Part shown: positions 11,893-24,021 of the stretch, in pieces
Position numbering within the stretch: the first letter of the stretch is position 1
Layout: each line of letters starts with the position of its first letter
NCBI GenBank assembly: GCA_043228905.1
Contig: JBHGNT010000014.1
Location: forward strand, 11,780,001-11,844,000
Source of the DNA: Azolla caroliniana
Lineage: Eukaryota; Plantae; Polypodiophyta
DNA length: 64,000 bases
Direction: 5' to 3'
Notes under the pieces: generated by a model
The model's database searches: none
What the model saw: only the letters and a program-made list of their open reading frames with translations
What the model was told of the DNA's origin: nothing
Position numbers and translations under genes: made by a program

Positions 11893-14800
11893 TATTGAGA
11901 GACAAGCTCAACATCGGCCAGATCGACTGAAGAAGCCGAGGACCGGATCGGCTGGGACCGATCGGTTAGGCCGAGTGCGTAAACCGGGAGGTCGTTAGGA
12001 AAGATATTCCGTGAGGAATATATTTGGGAGTTAGTGTAGGAGCTCTTAATGAGCATTGAAGTACTGTCAGTACTTCGGTCAGTCCTTCCAGGACTTGTAT
12101 AAAAGTGTTCACTGAGCACGTCTTATGTACAGACTGAGCACTATTATTGAATATAGTATTTTTTGTGTTTCTCTCTCTGTCTCTCCTGTGTACACCGTGT
12201 AAGCTCAAGCTCTCCATTAAACCTGAGTTTCCTCTCTTCTGTTTGGTCTTCATACTAGCTTCCGCACGTTTCTTTTTACATGGTATTAGAGCGCGAGGGT
12301 TGAGAACCTCTCTGCAGCCGACACAGCTTGACGAAGAAGAACGAGAAGAACGATGGATAGAGGCATGGCGAGCTCGCTTCCAACAGAGAAGCTCAACAGA
12401 ACCAACTACGCGTCTTGGACCTACAAGATGCACCAGTACCTGCTCGGGCACGGCTACTAGAGTTATGTTGAAGGAGCTAATGACGCGGCACCCGAATCGA
12501 CACACAGAGACTTCCCGTCGTGGGAGCAATCGGCGATCAGGGTACTATACTGCTTCACGTCGTGTGTGGGCGAACAACTATTGAGCTATGTTCGGGATGC
12601 AAAGACGCCGAAGGGTGCGTGGGAAAATCTGAAGAAGATTTTCTCCGCGAGCACCACAACCAGGAAGCTTCAGCTCTGACAGGAGTTGAGCAACCTACAA
12701 CAACGCGACTTGTCGGTGGCGGACTATACCTCGAAGATCAAGGATATCTGCGACTCCCTCGCCTCCATAGAGGTGAACATTGAGGAGAGCGAGATGGTCC
12801 AGATCTGTCTCGGAGGTTTGGCGTCGAGGTTCGGAGTGTACCCGGGAGAATACGCCGTCCTTTTTCGACTTACAGTCGATGCTCCTGGTAGAGGAGAACC
12901 ACGCGGGTGCGTCTACAAGCACGCACACTGATAGCAGAATGTTGTACACGGAGGGAGAAAGGCTCCGTGGTCGTGGCGGACGAGGTGAGTCGGTACGCAA
13001 TGGAAGCGGCCGACGTGATCAAGGAAGAAGGCACCGAAGTGATGCCGACATCAACTCTGGACCCTCCGGAAACAGGGGGAGTCGAAGCGATGAGAACCGA
13101 CAAGGGAAGTCCATTGCGGAGTGCTGGTACTGTGGCAAGAAAGGCCACAAGGAAAGTGAGTGCTGGAAGAAGCGCGCCGATTCGGAGAGAAATGGCTCCA
13201 GAAATACCGACAAGGGAAATCGGCAGCGATCGCACTACGCCAAAGACTCCAGGAGAGCCGGAGAAGGGTTTGTCTTCGTGACGAGACACGAAGCAAACTC
13301 AATGAAACAGAGCACCCCGAGATCGGACGAGGTGTGGTACGGTGTGTCAAACCACATGACGAGCCATAAGGAGTGGTTCTTGTACCTTGAAAAACCGATA
13401 CAACCGGGAGTAGTCGCAACAGGAGACGACACTCCGCATCCGATCGCGAATGTCTGAGAAGTTCCCCTTACCCATGTCGGGCAGAAAGGGAAACTTAAGA
13501 ACGTGCTGCACGTTCCGACAATCACGAAGAACTTGGTCTCGGTCGGACAGATCGTCGACCAAGGGATGGAGGTTCGGTTTACACACCTCGGGTGCTTCAT
13601 TGAGGAAGAAGGCCGTGTGATTGCGCAAGGGCGCAGAGACGGGAGGATGTTCATCCTCGATTCCACTGACAAAGGCACCGCAATGTTTGCAAAGGGACAA
13701 AAAGCCGAGTCGGACATCGACTTGTGGCACAAGCAGATAGGCCACGTCAACTACCAGCGGCTTCAAGATCTGCAAACGAAACAGGTAGTGTTCGGATTGC
13801 CCAAATTTAGTGGCCGAAAGGCACAAATTTGTGAAGCCTGCCAGCTTGGGAAGCAACACCGACTTCCCTTCCCCAACGAGCGAAACCGGAGCCGGAACAA
13901 GCTCGACCTTATACACTCGGATGTGTGGGGGCCGGCACAAAATGTTAGTCTTGGCGGGAGCCGATATTTCGTCTCCTTCATCGACGGCCACACGCGGCAC
14001 ACGTGGATCTACCTCATTGAGAGGAAGAGCGAAGTCTTCGACTGTTTCCGGGACCTCAAAGGGTTCGTGGAAGCCGAAACGGGACGAAAGATCAAGTGCC
14101 TGCGGTCAGATGGCGGGAAAGAGTACTTTTCCGGTCAATTCAACGGTTATCTACAACAAATGGGAATTCGGCGCGAATTCAGTTGTAGATACACGTCGGA
14201 GCAGCACGGCGTGGCCGAGAGAAAGAATCGGTCGATTGTAGAAGCGGCACGGCCAATGCTAGAGGAGAAGAGCTTGCCCAAGTTCTATTGGGCCGACGCG
14301 GTAAGGACCGCGGTATACATCCAGAACCGGATCGGAGACAAAGTGTCGGTGCACGAGCTATATTTCGGAACGAAGCCGAACTTGCGACACTTGAGGGTGT
14401 TTGGTAGCATTGCGTAGTGCATGTACCGAAGGAGAAAAGGAGGAAGCTGGACGCAAAGGCCGAGAAATGCATCTTGGTCGGTTACTCGGACGAGTAGAAG
14501 GGTTATAAGTGCTATAACCCTCGCACCAAACAAGCGCGTGTCAGCTGCGACGTTGTGTTTGACGAGTCCGCGTCCTGGTACCAGCCCCCGACTACGAACC
14601 TCGACTCCAATCCGAGCTTTGACGATGAGGTCAGTGAGGCCGAGATGCCTCCGGATGAGCCCGAAATCGAGACCCGCGAAGAGAGTCCGATTTCACTCTG
14701 GTTAAGTGGACCGATTGGACGACTGAGTCGGTACGACCAGTCCGATGAAGAGCCCGCGAGTAGTGGAGACTCGGCCGTGCATTCCCCGCGCAGGAAGCCG

Positions 14801-17500
14801 AGGAGACGGCTTACGCGCAAAGAGAAAGGGAAGAAGAAGGTGTCGGATTCTGGCACGGAAAGGAACGAGTCAGACCGACGCGAGTCCGACTCCGAGGAAA
14901 CCGGTGACGGGTCTTTAAAGGTGAAGACCGCGTCGACCGAGAAGGCCTCGACATCGGCTAATGTGAGATTACGCCGATCTACCCGCCAGAAGAACCCATT
15001 TGTGCGGTTCGGATACAACGAGTACATGGTGCATCATTATGCGTACATGACCCGTGTAGTGGAAGTGCGTGAGCCGGAGAGCTACGCAGAAGCGGCTAAA
15101 GACGCGAATTGGCGCGCCGTGATGGAGGAAGAGATGCACGCATTGGCGGAGAACGAGACCTGGGACCTGGTTGACGCACCAAAGGGGGTAAAACCGATCG
15201 GGTGTAGATGGGTGTACAAAGTCAAGTACAACACAGATGGCTCGGTCAACAGGTACAAGGCTCGGCTAGTGGCAAAGGGCTACGCGCAGAAACACGGCAT
15301 CGACTACGATGAGACGTTTGCGCCGGTCACGAAAATGACGACCGTCCGTGTTTTGCTCGCAGTAGCCACGACCAAGGGGTGGCACTTACATCAGATGGAT
15401 GTAAAGAATGCGTTCTTGCAAGGTGACCTTGAGGAACAGGTGTACATGGTACAACCCCCTAGATTTCACTCCGGAACGAACTCCTCGGCAGTCTGTCGAT
15501 TGAAGAAGTCCCTTTACGGACTGAAGCAAGCCCCGCGTGCCTGGAACGCGAAGATCACGCAACAATTGCGTCAGATGGGCTTCGTCACGTCAAAATCGGA
15601 CTCTTCCCTGTTCATCTGGAAAGGTCGACTCGGACCAGTTAGTATTTTACTATATGTTGATGACTTGGTCATCACCGGCGCCGACCTATGTGAAATCGAC
15701 CGCGTAAAGCTCCAGCTTGCGGCATTGTTCGACATGAAGGATCTGGGGGACCTTCATTACTTCCTCGGGATCGAAGTGATCTGTATCCCCGAAGGCATAT
15801 TGATTAGCCAACGTCACTACGTGTTGAGTATGCTCTTCAAATTCGGGATGGCCGACTGTAAGACCGTCTCGACTCCTCTGGACAGAACCGTCAAGCTTCG
15901 TCCCGATACGGGAAAGGTATGCGACCTGACGAGATTCCGACAAATTGTCGGAAGCCTCATATACTTGACCATCACCCGACCTGACCTCAGTTAGTTCATG
16001 GCGCGACCTACCGAGGAGCACCTTCAGTGTGCGCAACGTGTACTGCGGTACGTAAGTGGCACTAAGGACCGGGGATTGCTATATCGGACCGGTGCAGCCA
16101 CGCAGTTAGTCGGCTACACCGATGCTGATTGGGTTGGCAACACTGCCGATCGCCGATCCATGTCTGGATACGCGTTCTCCCTCGGGAGTGCCGCGATCGC
16201 GTGGAGCAGTAAGAAGCAGCCGACAGTTGCATTGTCGAGCACCGAAGCTGAGTACCGAGGAGCAGCTATCGCGACATGCAAATCCATATGGTTGAAGCGG
16301 CTACTTAAGGACCTGTAAGAGGAGGTGTCAGATCCGACGACGATCTACTGCGACAACCTCAACAGCATCCAACTCGCGAAAAACTCCGTTTTCCACACAC
16401 GGACCAAGCACATTGAGGTGCACTACCACTTCGTGCGTGAGCGTGTCCTTTCCGGTGAAGTCGAACTTCAGTACGTTCCAACGGATCGGCAAACTGCGGA
16501 CATCTTCACAAAGCCTCTTGGTCTGGACAAGTTGCGGCAATTCTCGGGTGCACTCAGGTTGCGTCACCTCGACGTGCCGAACTTGAGGGGGAGAACAGTC
16601 CCAAACGACCAAGCAAGGCAGCAGGAATGGAGCGGACACCGCGACACCGAGTCGGTTGACAAGTTCGACACGGATCGGCTGAAGAAGCCGAGGGCGGACC
16701 CGCGGAAAAGTTTGGAAGAGGACAGAAGGGGAGCAGCCGAAGGAGAGAGCCGAAGCCAACCACGCATAGGGGAGATAACGCCATCGAGGGCGAGAAGACC
16801 GAAGATGAGTTGGAGACAGCCAACTCGGACGAGAGCGAAAACCGATCGGAGGTAGCCGAGTCGGTTCGGATGTTTGATTCAGACACGCTGAATTAACTGA
16901 GGCCCAAGCAGAAGAAAAGGCAGTAGAAGAAGCGTCAACACCGCAACAACAGAAGAGCTGATAAGGGCTGCATGAGCAGATGAGCCGACCGGAAGGGTCG
17001 AAGCGCGCAGAGTCGAATAGGTCGAGGAGCGCGAGCGAGGCGTGAAGCCAGGAGGAACCGGAGCTGTGAGCCTGAGGATCCCGAAGAGCCTCAAGTTGAG
17101 CTTGAGGGGGAGTGTTGAGAGACAAGCTCAACATCGGCCAGATCGGCTGAAGAAGCCAAGGACCGGATCGGCTGGGACCAATCGGTTAGGCTGAGTGCGT
17201 AAACCGGGAGGTCGTTAGGAAAGATATTCCGTGAGGAATATATTTGGGAGTTAGTGTAGGAGCTCTTAATGAGCATTGAAGTACTGTCAGTACTTCGGTC
17301 AGTCCTTCCAGGACTTGTATACAAGTGTTCACTGAGCACGTCTTATGTACAAACTGAGCACTATTATTGAATATAGTATTTTTTGTGTTTCTCTCTCTGT
17401 CTCTCCTGTGTACACCGTGTAAGCTGAAGCTCTCCATTAAACCTGAGTTTCCTCTCTTCTATTCGGTCTTCATACTAGCTTCCACACATTTCTTTTTACA
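11893..17500 (+). mobile_element. Full-length Ty1/copia element A3 (best preserved in the window)
   Basis: 388-bp LTRs 11893-12280 and 17113-17500 (12 differences by eye); perfect TSD ACAAC (11888-92, 17501-05); PBS TGGTATTAGAGC 12281-92; PPT ~17103-12. Confidence 0.97.
12353..17118 (+). pseudogene. gag-pol polyprotein of A3 (gag, CCHC knuckle, PR, INT, RT, RNase H, C-terminal extension) with several stops/frameshifts
   Basis: ORF fragments 12780-13457 (CWYCGKKGHKESEC), 13503-14417 (integrase), 14555-15994 (RT, LYVDD), 15998-16855 (RNase H). Confidence 0.92.
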
Positions 17501-17571
17501 ACAACCAAGTACAAGGGAAGGACGGTTACCCTCTCTCTTCATTAAAATTCCCACTCTCTCTCTAGCAACTA

Positions 17572-20500
17572 TGTGAAAAGAACAATGTGCGGAAGCAACA
17601 GAACACAGAACGTAGGAAAACACAAGTTTAATGGAGAGCTTGGAGATACACACAGTACACGGGAGAGAGAGAGAGAGAGAGAATACACACAACTCTATTC
17701 AAAAAAATAATACTCAGTTTGTACATAGAATGTGCTCAATGAGCACTTTTATACAAGTCCATACGGACTGACAAAAGTACTGATATGTACTTCAATGCTC
17801 ATAAATGAGCTCTACACTAACTCCCAAAATATATTCCTACGTGGAATATCTTTCCAACGGCTTTGCGGTTTACGCACTGCTACGACTTCTTGTTGCACAC
17901 CGGTTTGCGCACTGGTTTACACACCGATCTGGCCTAACCGATCGGTCCCAACCGATCCGGTTCTCGGCTTGCTCAACCAATCCGGCCAATGTTGAGCTTG
18001 TATCTCAACACTCCCCCTCAAGCTCAACTTGAGGCTCTTTTGGTTCTTCCGGGTCACCGCTCTGGTTTCTTCTAGCTTCACACCTTGCTCGTACTCCTCG
18101 ACCTGTTTGATTACGCGTGCCTCGACCCTTCTGGTCGGCTTGTGTGCTCGTGCGGCCCTTCTCAGCTCCCTTGCTGTCGCGATGTTGGCGTCTCTTCGGC
18201 TGCCCTTTCTTACGCTTGGTCCTCGGTTGATTCGGCATCTCCGAATCAAACATCCGAACCGAATCAGCTTCCTCCGGTCGGTTTTCACTCTCATCCGAGT
18301 TGGCTTCATCTCCCCCATGCTTGGCTGGCTTCGGCTCTTTCTTTCGACTGCTGCCATCACGTCTGCTTTCAGACTCTTTCGCAGATCCGCCCTGGGTTTC
18401 TTCAACCGACCCGAAATTGAATTCGTCATTCGACTTGGCGTTATAGTCTCTTCTCCTCCTTTCTTGCTCCATTCCGTGGTCTTCCGGAACTTCTCTCCCC
18501 CTCAAGTTCGGTACATTGAGGTGTCGCAACCCAAGCGCACCCGAAAATTGCCGCAACTTGTCGAAACCAAGGGGCTTGGTGAAAATGTCAGCGGTCTGCC
18601 GATTCGTCGGAACATACTAAAGTTCGACTTCACCGGAGAGGACATGCTCGCAGACAAAGTGGTAGTGCACCTCAATGTGCTTAGTCCGGGCGTGGAAGAC
18701 AGGGTTCTTCGCTAACTGGATGCTGCTAAGGTTGTTGCAGTAGATCGTCGTCGGATTGGACACCTCCACCTGCAGGTCCTTGAGTAGTCGTTTCAGCTAG
18801 ATGGCTTCGCATGTTGCGACAACCGCTCCTCTATACTCAGCTTCGGTGCTCGACAGTGGAACTGTCGGCTGCTTCTTGCTACTCCAAGCGATCGCAACGC
18901 TCCCAAGAGAGAACGTGAATCCGGATGTGAATCAGCGATCGCCGGCGTTTCCGGCCCAATCAACATCAGTGTAACCTACTAATTGCGCGGAAATATCGGT
19001 CCGATATAGTAGCCCCGGGTCCTTAGTACCACTGACGTTCCAGAGTACGCGTTGTGCACATTGAAGGTGCTCCTCGGTTGGCCATGCCATGAACTGAGTA
19101 ATCACTCAGACCGGGTAACTGAGGTCTCGTCGAGTGATAGTCAAGTAGATGAGGCTTCCGACAATCTGTTGAAACCTCTTCGGGTCACAAACCTTTCCGG
19201 AGTTAGCGCAAAGCTTGACGGTTCTATCCAGAGGAGTTGAGACGGATTTACAATCTGCCATCCCGAACTTGAAGAGCATACCCAACACGTAATGCCGTTG
19301 GCTGATCAGTATGCCTTCGTGGGTATAGATCACTTCGATCCCGAGGAAGTAATGAAGGTCCCCCAGGTCCTTCATGTCAAATGATGCCTCGAGTTGGAGC
19401 TTTACGTGGTCAATTTCACCTAGGTCGGTGTTGATGATGACCAAGTCATCAACATTAAGTAAAAGGCGACCTTTCTGAATGAATAGTGAAGAGTCTGATT
19501 TGGACGTCGCAAATCCCATCCGACACAATCGCTGCGTGATTTTCCCGTTCCAAGCACACGGGGCTTGCTTTAGTCCATAAAGGGACTTCTTTAACCAACA
19601 GACTGCCGAAGTGTTCATTCCAGAGTGAAATCCGGGGGGTTTTACCATGTACGCCTGTTCCTCAAGCTCTCCTGGTAGGAACACATTCTTGACATCCATC
19701 TGATGTAAATGCCACCCCTTCGCCGCAGCTATCGCAAGCAAGACACGGACGGTTGTCATCTTTGCGACTGCCGCAAACGTCTCATCATAGTCGATGCCGT
19801 GTTGTTGCGCGTAGCCTTTCGCTACTAATTGGGCCTTGTATCGGTTCACCAAGCCGTCGGTGTTGTACTTGACCTTGTACACCCACCTACATCCAATTGG
19901 CTTGACACCCTTCGGTGCGTCAACCAATTCCCATGTTTCATGCTCCGCCCGTGCGTGCATCTCTTCCTCCATTGCGGCACGCTAATTTGCATCCTTCGCC
20001 GCTTCTGCGTACCTCTCCAGCTCACGCACTTCCACTACACGCGTCATGTACGCGTAGTGATGTGCCATGTACTCGTTGTATCTGAACCGCACAACAAGGT
20101 TCTTTTGGCGGGTAGATCGGCGTAACTGCTCATTAGCTGATGTTGAGGCTTTCTTGACTGACGCGGACTTTGCTCTCAAAGGTCGTCATCTCTCTTCTCG
20201 GAGTCGGATTCACATTGATCTGACTCGCCCTTATCTGTGCCGTACTCCGGCTTCTTCTGCTTCCCTTTTCCCTTGCGCGTAAACCGTCTCCTCTGCTTCC
20301 TACGCGGGGAATGCACGGCCAAGTCTCCACTACTCCCCGTCTCTTCTTTGGACTGGTCAAACTGACCCAGTCGCTCGTTCGGTTCACTTAGCCCAAATGA
20401 AATCGGACTCTCATCGAGGGTCTTGATTTCGCGGTCATCGGGAGGCATTTCAGCCTCGTTGACCTCATTGTCAGAACTCGGGTCCAGAGATCCGGAGTTG

Positions 20501-22109
20501 GAGTTGAGGTCCGGAGTCAGAGGCAAGTACCAGGACGCGGACTCGTTAAACACAACATCGCGGCTCACGCGAGCTTGTTTGGTTCGGGGGTTATAACAAT
20601 TATAACCCTTTTGTTTGTCCGAGTAGCCGACCAAGATACACTTCTCCGCTTTCATGTCTGACTTCCTCCGTTTCTCCTTTGGCACATGCACATATGCAAT
20701 GCTACCAAAAACTCTCAAATGTCGTAGTTTCGGCTTTCTTCCGAAATACAACTCATGCGCTGACACTTTGTCTCCGATTTGATTCTGGATGTAGACTGTG
20801 GTTTGTATCGCTTTGGCCCAATAGAACTTGGGCAAGCTCTTTTCTTCCAGCATTTCCTACGCCGCTTCCACAACCGACCGATTTTTCCTTTCGGCTATGT
20901 CGTTTTGCTCTGGCATATACCTGCAACTGAATTTGTGCCAAATTCCCATTTGTTGCTGATAACTGTTGAATTGGCCGGAAAAGTAGTCTTTCCCTCCATC
21001 CGACTGCAGGCACTTGATCTTTCTCCTTGTTTCCCTTTCTACGAAGCTTTTGAGGTCCCGAAACAGTCGAAGACTTCACTCTTCTTTTCAATGAAATAGA
21101 TCCACGTGTGTTGTGTGTAGTCGTCGATGAAGGAGACAAAATATCTACTCCCGTCAAGACTAACGTTCTCTGTCAGCCCCCATACATCCGAATGTATCAA
21201 GTCGAGCTTGTTCCGGCTCCGGTTACACTTGTTTGGGAAAGGAAGTTGGTATTGCTTCCCTAGCTGGCAGGCTTCACAAATTTGGGCCTTCCGGCCACTG
21301 AATTTGGGCAATCCAAACACAACTTGTTTCGATTGCAAGTCCCGAAGTCTTTGATAGTTGACGTGGCCTATCCGCTTGTGCCACAAGTCCATATCTGACG
21401 CAAGTTTTTGTCCTTTTGCGAAAGTTGCGGTGCCAACGTCATTGGTGTCGAGGATAAACATCCTCCTATCTTTGCGCCCTTGCGCAATAACTTGGCCTTA
21501 CTCCTCGATGAATCACCCGAGATGTGTGAACCGGACTTGCATCCCCTAGTCGACGATCTACTCGACCGACACCAGATTCTTTGTGATTGTTGGGACGTGT
21601 AACACGGTCATGAGTTTCCCTTTTTTCCCGACATGTCTCAGGGGAACTTCACCGACATTCTCGATTGGATGCGGAGTGTCCTCTCCTGTTGCGACTACTC
21701 CTAGTTGCATCGGTTTCTCAAGGTATGAGAACCACTCCTCATGGCTTGTCATGTGGTTTGACGCGCCGGAGTTAACGTACCACACCTCGTCCAATTTCGG
21801 GGTGGCCTTCTTCATCGAGTTTGCCTCGTGTCTCGTCTCGAAGGCTGCCCCCTTTCCGAGTTTTTCAGATCCTTCGGCGTAGTGCGATCGCTGCCGATTT
21901 CCTTTGTCGGTTTGTCCAGATCCGTTTCCGGTTTTCTCCAAATCAGTGCACTTCTTCTGACACTTGCTCTCCTTGTGGCCTTTCTTGCCACAGTACTAGC
22001 ATTCCGTGATGGGTTTCCTTTGCCGATTCTCGTTGCCTTGACTCCCCCTATTTCCGGAGGGTTCGGATTTGCTGTCTGCATCACTTCGGTGCCTTCTTCC
22101 TTGATCGCG
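17572..22109 (-). mobile_element. Ty1/copia element A4, 5'-truncated (3' LTR 17572-18010, PPT 18011-18025)
   Basis: Minus-strand ORFs for RH tail (18005-18556), RT (19106-19972), INT (20176-21461), PR (21558-21941); ends at a CGCG microhomology junction with A5. Confidence 0.92.
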
Positions 22110-22837
22110 GGGACATCAAGGCTGAGTCTCCACTACTCGCCGGATCGTCATCGGATTGGTTGTTCTGACTCAGTCGTTCGTTCGGCCCCCTGAGCCGAAA
22201 TAAAATCAGACTCTCATCTAGAGTACCAAAGTCATCATCTTCTTCTGTCCGGATTGTTTCGGGCTCATTGGCTCAGCGTCCGGAATCGTGTCAGAGTCGG
22301 GAGTCGGAGTTGGTAGAGAGTATCATGATGCTGACTCATCAAATAGTCGAAGACTTCGCTTTTCTTTTCTAGGAAATAGATCCAGCCAAGACTAATGTTT
22401 TGTGTTGGTCCCCATACATCCGAATGTATCAAGTTGAGCTTGTTATGGCTTCAAATTCTTTCGGTGGGGAACGGAAGCTGGAGTTGCTTCTCGAGCTGGC
22501 ATGCTTCACAAATTTGGGCCTTCTGGTCACTGAACTTCAGCAATCCGAAAACAACCTATTTCTATTGCAGGTTGAAGCCTCTGATAGTTGACATGGCCGA
22601 TCCGCTTGTGCCACAAGTCGATGTCCGACTTGACATTCTGTCCTTTTGCGAACAAGGTGGTGCCTATGTCATTGGTGTCGAGGATAAACATCCTCCCGTC
22701 TTGATGCCCTTCTGCGATGATCCGATCCTCTTCCTCAATGAAGCACCCGAGATGCCTGAACCACACCTGCATCCCCTAGTCAACGATCTGCCCGACCGAT
22801 ACTAGGTTCTTTGTGATTATAGGGACATGAAGCACGT

Positions 22838-24021
22838 TGTCGTGTGGTTTTTCACACACGATATGAAAAATAGTAAAACAATTATTTAAGATTAGCTTAA
22901 TGTATTCATATGGAAAGATAGATGTCTTCAAGAGCTTCATAACGTATTTTACTAAGCATAAAATGGAAAAACAAGTATCAAGTTATGTGAGTGTAAAGTT
23001 TGAAAAAGAAAAAGAAAAGACAAAACTGTGAGATATCCCACATAGAGAACATTGGAACCTAGGATATATAAGGGAAACCAAAATATATTTGTTATATCAA
23101 TCTGTGTAGCATAGAATGTTCAAGGTGACTTGGGCTACACTGTGTGGTGTGCACGCTTCGGGTGTACACGCGTATGCATGGTCGTGTGGACGCTTCGGGT
23201 GTACGCACGTGTGCATGGCCGCGTGGATGTTTTCAGACGTACGCGCGTGTGCAAGTTTCGGGCGTACGCATGCACGGCTGCTTGTGTGCGGACAAGCGTG
23301 CGGATGCGTACACGGCGCGGTCGGGATGCGGGCGTGTGTGCATGCGTACACTGCACGGTTGGGACTTTTGCGCGCAGACGCGTCTACAGTTTGGTTGCGA
23401 CGGCTAAACTTTATGGATGATTGGATCATTTGGCCGAATTATACGGACGGTCACATGCAACTAAAGGCCAAGGCCATGTAACTAAAAGTAAAAGGCATGC
23501 AACTAAAAATGGAAGCATGCAACTAAAAGTAGAGGCCATGCAACTAAAAATAGAGGCCATGCAACTAAAAGTGGACATGCAAAGTAACATTGGGGAGGAG
23601 GATCAACAAAGAGCTCGATATATGTTCCATTTTTTCCCTCTACTTTTTTTTTCCTTCCTTCTTCTTCTCTCTGGGATTCCAAAACAAATTATCTCTCATA
23701 TTGATATCAAACTCTTGGCTTGGCTTGCTCAATCTTTCTTGTCAAAAATTATCTTTTATATTCATATTGGACCACTCCTTATATGGTTGTTGGCTCCTTT
23801 CTTTAAAAAATTTATCTGTCATTTTTATCTCTAACCCGTTGTAACAAGATTCTTGAATTAGAAAAGAACCTATTTTCTTATGCAATAAACTAACGTTTTC
23901 TCTCATCTACTGGTCTTATATGTGAATTTCTTGTGTTGTACGTGTTGCACTAAATCCTTCTAGTCCAGAACCCCGGCGGTTTTGCCTCACGATCCGCACA
24001 TAGTGACGGATTTTCACGACA
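22838..24021 (+). mobile_element. Solo LTR related to gypsy family G1
   Basis: Termini TGTCGTG...CACGACA; 4-bp TSD ACGT/ATGT restores the host MNVLHV coding; 3' end (CCTCACGATCCGCAC..GGAT.TTCACGACA) matches 58990-59067. Confidence 0.88.
23454..23585 (+). repeat. ~21-bp tandem repeat (GGCCATGCAACTAAAAGTAGA-like), ~6-7 units, inside the solo LTR
   Basis: Recurring ATGCAACTAAAA. Confidence 0.85.

Noticed and set aside
16578-17112. env-like extra ORF
   Set aside because: Highly hydrophilic, with no signal peptide or transmembrane segment, and continuous with pol rather than separate
23097-23844. Several overlapping ORFs
   Set aside because: Products of low-complexity and tandem sequence inside a solo LTR
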